Of a stretch of DNA of 64,000 bases, positions 60,437-64,000 are shown one piece after another. Both the position numbers and the translations under genes were made by a program. The notes under the pieces were generated by a model that was not told where the DNA came from, made no database searches, and saw nothing but the letters and a program-made list of their open reading frames with translations. Source of the stretch: Candidatus Hydrogenedentota bacterium. GTDB lineage: Bacteria; Hydrogenedentota; Hydrogenedentia; Hydrogenedentales; SLHB01. Position 1 is the stretch's first letter. The number at the start of each line of letters is the position of its first letter. Location of the stretch: NCBI GenBank assembly GCA_029974275.1, contig JARKSN010000339.1, positions 17,233 through 81,232 on the forward strand, written 5' to 3'.

Positions 60437-62974
60437 TTATTTTTTTGTTGCGGGCCGTTTCTGAATCACCGAATACACAGTCTTCGTTGTCTGGCTTTCG
60501 CCGGGCGCAAGCGGCGCATCGGAGGGCAGGACTTCCAGATTCACGTGTTCGGCGTCCTTGTTGATGTTGAAGAAACTTTGAAAACCGGAGGATCCTTCGA
60601 GGACTGCGGCGACGCCGATTTTTTGTTTGGGCAGATAGAACGCGGCCTGTTGAATGGAGCCGCCGTGGAGGAGCCGTCCCCATGCTTTGTGATCGGGGTT
60701 TGCGGCTTGGCTGAACAGCGACCAGGTTTTTCCGTCGAATGACCACACTTCCGGCTGGTTTTCGCCTTGGGTCCAGAACTCGGGATGCGTTTTGGCCTTG
60801 ACGACTTGTGGCGAGGATGTGGAATTCGTGCAGATGAGCGCCACCTCAATCGCGTCGCCGGAAAGCGTCATTGCGCGATCGAGCGTCATGCCGTCGGGCA
60901 GGGTCGTGCGGAGGGTGATCGCGTTGTTCGTACGGCTGACGACGTCATAGCGATCGGCCACGGGGCTTTCGGGGATTCCGCCGCCGATGGTCCAGTCTTG
61001 CCACTGGCCAGGTCTCCGCCCGTAGGTTTCATATCCACGGAGCCATTCGACGCCGAGCTTCTTGTCGCGCCAGCGCAGGATGGTTCCCTGGGCTTCGGGG
61101 GCGACCCAGATTTCGTAGCGGTCGTTGGCGATTGTTTCGACGGTTGACGTCACGGAGCGCGGGGGCGTGATGCCGCCAATTTGTTTGTAGAACATGTCGA
61201 ACCCGTAACCGTCGACGATGCATACGACGCCGTGTTTCTTGAGGGTGGCGGAATATTCCTCGAGCGACAAGGAGGGGGGGCGCGTCGACGACAGCTCCGT
61301 CCGGGTGATTTTCACGTCGGGCGGGCAGGTGAGGGCGCAGTATTGGACCTGGAGATAGACGACCTCGACGCGGGGGCGGAGTTCGCGCGCGCGGGGCGAC
61401 GCGTCGACGGCCTTGAAGGCGTTGGCGAAGAGGGTCTCGGCTTTGGCGACCATGTCCGTATCAACCCATGCTCCGTCGTCGGCGAAGGTGAGGATATTTC
61501 CTTTGGTTCGCTGCGTGTCGGTTGCGAGTTGGAGGTATTCACGGATATAGGGCGCGGCCTCGCCGTAGTACAACCGGAGGAATTCGTCCATGATCGTTTC
61601 AACGTCTGCGTCGGGGTTCCACATGAGTTTGGCCAGGAGATAGGAGCGCAACGGCGCGAATTCGGCGACGCGGTCATTGCCGCCTTGTTCGAACAAGCCC
61701 TTCACGTTGTGGTCTCGGAAGAATTGAACGTTGGGCTGCAACACCTGGAAATTCGGGAACGGCGATTGGAAGTTGCGGAAATTGGTGGTGTAGTCCCAAA
61801 TGTGCAGGCGGTTGGCGAGCGTGGCCCATTTTTTGATGTCTTTGGCGAATTGCCGGTTCCGTTCCGATTTCGGGTCGTTCAGGGGGCGGGAGAAATCGCA
61901 TTCGATGCTGCACAGCTTGATGGCGATGTTTTTGCGCGGTTTCATGTTCTTGGGGGGCTTGCGGGTGAAGGTGTAGGCGAGCGTCTCGATTCCGTATCCG
62001 GGGCGCGCGTTTTCGATGTTTTCGGCGATTTGATTGAGGCCGAAGAGGGTGGCCCCCATGTGGGATTCTTCTTTTTCGTCGATCGCCGTGCAGGTGTCGC
62101 ACGTGCACCAATTGTCCCAATCCATTTGGCTGATGTGGGGCATTTTGTTGGATGGGTCTTGGTCGATCCGTTTGAGGACAGCCGCTGTCAACGCTTCGAT
62201 CGTGGCGGGGTTGGTCATGCAGAGTTGTCCGAGGCGTTGGAATTGTGCGGGGGTGCGGTGGGGGTTGTGCCAGTCGAAGCCCACGGGCGCGATGCGTTCT
62301 CCAAAAACCAGGCTGTAATACTCGGGATGGGCGTTGAAGTGCTGTTCCGGCGGGAGCAGCGCATAGTAGGTGTGGCACGAGAATCCGGGCCCGGGATTGA
62401 AACGGTGGACTTGCCGGTAGTAGGGAACGTTGGGATCTTGGGAGAAATTGGTGGAATAGCGGTACTCGAACGGCGGCGCGAAGCGGTGATTCACGCACGG
62501 AATGTACGCGGGCATGTCCGGAATATGCGTGTAATCGGGAGCGAGAAAGCGCACGCCTAACGCGTCCTCGATGAATTGATATGCGGCATACAAAGTGCCG
62601 TTATCCGGTCCGCCGACGATCAGCGTGTTCGCGTCGTCGATGGTGTTGAGCAGGATGCCTTGCGCGCCGAGACCCGTGAGCATGGCGGCCTCGAGCCACG
62701 CATCGGGCACGCCTGCGGGGCCTATCCAGAGGTTCGCGGCGCGGTCCGAGGGCTTGGACAGGATGGGCGGGGTATGGCCGGTCGTCAGGCGCCAGTATCG
62801 TTGCACCTCCTGGGCGGCGGTTTGTTCGGAGGGGCTGGCGGAATCGGATAGCACCAGGACCGCCGCGCCGAAACGGTTTTGGAGCAGCCACGGTTTTGCA
62901 TCCGCACCCACCGCTGCGGCGGCGGATGCCAGCACGGTCCATATGCTTATGCACAGAAGTCCTGTCCGTATCAT
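60437..62974 (-). CDS. DUF4838 secreted glycoside-hydrolase-like protein
   Basis: AAGGAG RBS, GTLYAAYQFIEDALGVRF, HPEYYS, QLCMTNP, CTCDTC, IWDY, LFEQG, KLMWNP. Confidence 0.9.
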   Translation of the reverse strand: MIRTGLLCISIWTVLASAAAAVGADAKPWLLQNRFGAAVLVLSDSASPSEQTAAQEVQRYWRLTTGHTPPILSKPSDRAANLWIGPAGVPDAWLEAAMLTGLGAQGILLNTIDDANTLIVGGPDNGTLYAAYQFIEDALGVRFLAPDYTHIPDMPAYIPCVNHRFAPPFEYRYSTNFSQDPNVPYYRQVHRFNPGPGFSCHTYYALLPPEQHFNAHPEYYSLVFGERIAPVGFDWHNPHRTPAQFQRLGQLCMTNPATIEALTAAVLKRIDQDPSNKMPHISQMDWDNWCTCDTCTAIDEKEESHMGATLFGLNQIAENIENARPGYGIETLAYTFTRKPPKNMKPRKNIAIKLCSIECDFSRPLNDPKSERNRQFAKDIKKWATLANRLHIWDYTTNFRNFQSPFPNFQVLQPNVQFFRDHNVKGLFEQGGNDRVAEFAPLRSYLLAKLMWNPDADVETIMDEFLRLYYGEAAPYIREYLQLATDTQRTKGNILTFADDGAWVDTDMVAKAETLFANAFKAVDASPRARELRPRVEVVYLQVQYCALTCPPDVKITRTELSSTRPPSLSLEEYSATLKKHGVVCIVDGYGFDMFYKQIGGITPPRSVTSTVETIANDRYEIWVAPEAQGTILRWRDKKLGVEWLRGYETYGRRPGQWQDWTIGGGIPESPVADRYDVVSRTNNAITLRTTLPDGMTLDRAMTLSGDAIEVALICTNSTSSPQVVKAKTHPEFWTQGENQPEVWSFDGKTWSLFSQAANPDHKAWGRLLHGGSIQQAAFYLPKQKIGVAAVLEGSSGFQSFFNINKDAEHVNLEVLPSDAPLAPGESQTTKTVYSVIQKRPATKK

Positions 62975-63163
62975 GTCGATGCTCCTTGGTTGGATTGCCC
63001 GGAACGCTGCGCGCGAGATCTCTTGCGCAAAATAGGGCGGCAATAGGTCGCCCTCGAAGCGAAAGCAGTTATGCAACATGGCGACGTGACACTATACACG
63101 AAAGCGCCTGTCGCCGCGCAAGGACCCGGAAGCCCGGATCGCGTGCGGACTGCAGGGAGGGGG

Positions 63164-64000
63164 TCACGCGGTCACGATGCGGCAGAGTCGTTGCGCCTGT
63201 TTCGCCGTGGCGATGGCGGATGATGCGTCATGGCCGGCGGTAAGCGCGTAGCCGATGCGGTCGCGGGTGACGCAATCGATGATCGGGGACACGACGTCGC
63301 CCGGCTGAATCGCCATTACGACGTCGATCACGCCCGGGAGCGCGCGCACCGCGTCGAGTCCGGCAATCTCGCGCACGATACCGGGTTGGGCGGGAAACCA
63401 GAATAAGGCGGCGCCGCGCTCGAAGCGCCTGCGTTCGCGCGGCGAGTCGCCGAGCGCGAGACGCAGTGAGTCGGCGATGAAGTCCATGCCGTAGGTGAGC
63501 GGGATGATGTCGGTAGGGATGCGTCCGCCTCCGGGGCGTCCGGCCATTTCGACGATGCGCACGCCTTCCGGAGTCGCGATCACTTCGATGTGCGTGGTGC
63601 CGTTCCCGAATTCGATCGCGGCGAGCGCCTGTTGGGTCATGGCGACGATGGCGTCCGTTTCCTTTTGGGAAATCATGGGGGGCGCGTAGATGCCCAGGTC
63701 GAAACGGTTGGGGGGCTCCGAACGCTCCTTGCCGGTGATCGTTCCCAGGAGAAAGGTTCCGTTATGCACAAGCCCATCGACGCAGTATTCCTCGCCTTCC
63801 ATAAAGGTTTCGATGAGCACGGTATTGGTTCGCGAATACGGAAGCGCGTTGTCGAACGCCGCCGCGAGTTCTTCGGCGCGATCGACGCGGCGCACGCCTT
63901 TGCTTGCGTTGCCTTCGGCGGGTTTGACGATGATGGGCGCGCCGAATTCCTGGAGGGCCGCATGCGCCTCGTCGCGGGTGGTTACGCCTCGGAAACGCGG
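63164..64000 (-). CDS. ATP-grasp domain protein, 5'-truncated by window edge
   Basis: IIVKPAEGNASKGV, IETFMEGEEYCVD, HIEV, EMAGRPGG. Confidence 0.88.
   Translation of the reverse strand, partial: PRFRGVTTRDEAHAALQEFGAPIIVKPAEGNASKGVRRVDRAEELAAAFDNALPYSRTNTVLIETFMEGEEYCVDGLVHNGTFLLGTITGKERSEPPNRFDLGIYAPPMISQKETDAIVAMTQQALAAIEFGNGTTHIEVIATPEGVRIVEMAGRPGGGRIPTDIIPLTYGMDFIADSLRLALGDSPRERRRFERGAALFWFPAQPGIVREIAGLDAVRALPGVIDVVMAIQPGDVVSPIIDCVTRDRIGYALTAGHDASSAIATAKQAQRLCRIVTA

Overview
GC-rich bacterial chromosomal window, standard genetic code. Two DUF4838 proteins, a CotH/lamin-tail surface protein and a sigma54 Psp system suggest a Hydrogenedentes/PVC-like diderm (inference only). Housekeeping genes: purA, ndk, sodA, uvrD/pcrA, pheA, uvrC, tRNA-Arg(TCT) and a 29-aa bS22-like ribosomal protein missed by the ORF track. 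Also present: an RND efflux pair, an extended psp operon (pspF divergent from PilZ-pspA-pspG-like-3x pspB-pspC), a CotH-VTC-DUF4956-HlyD operon with a frameshift, and a block of secreted glycan-active-type genes. The most striking feature is a 2354-bp integrase-less cassette carrying an ABC-ATPase and a TOPRIM-like (PARIS-like) gene pair at the 3' end of a fused E1 dehydrogenase gene. It is bounded by a 194-bp duplication of the gene tail whose 16 differences are all synonymous, including 10 consecutive recoded codons. Two promoter-to-terminator units lacking a conventional gene (about 22880-23180 minus; about 53855-54003 plus) look like undescribed structured RNAs.
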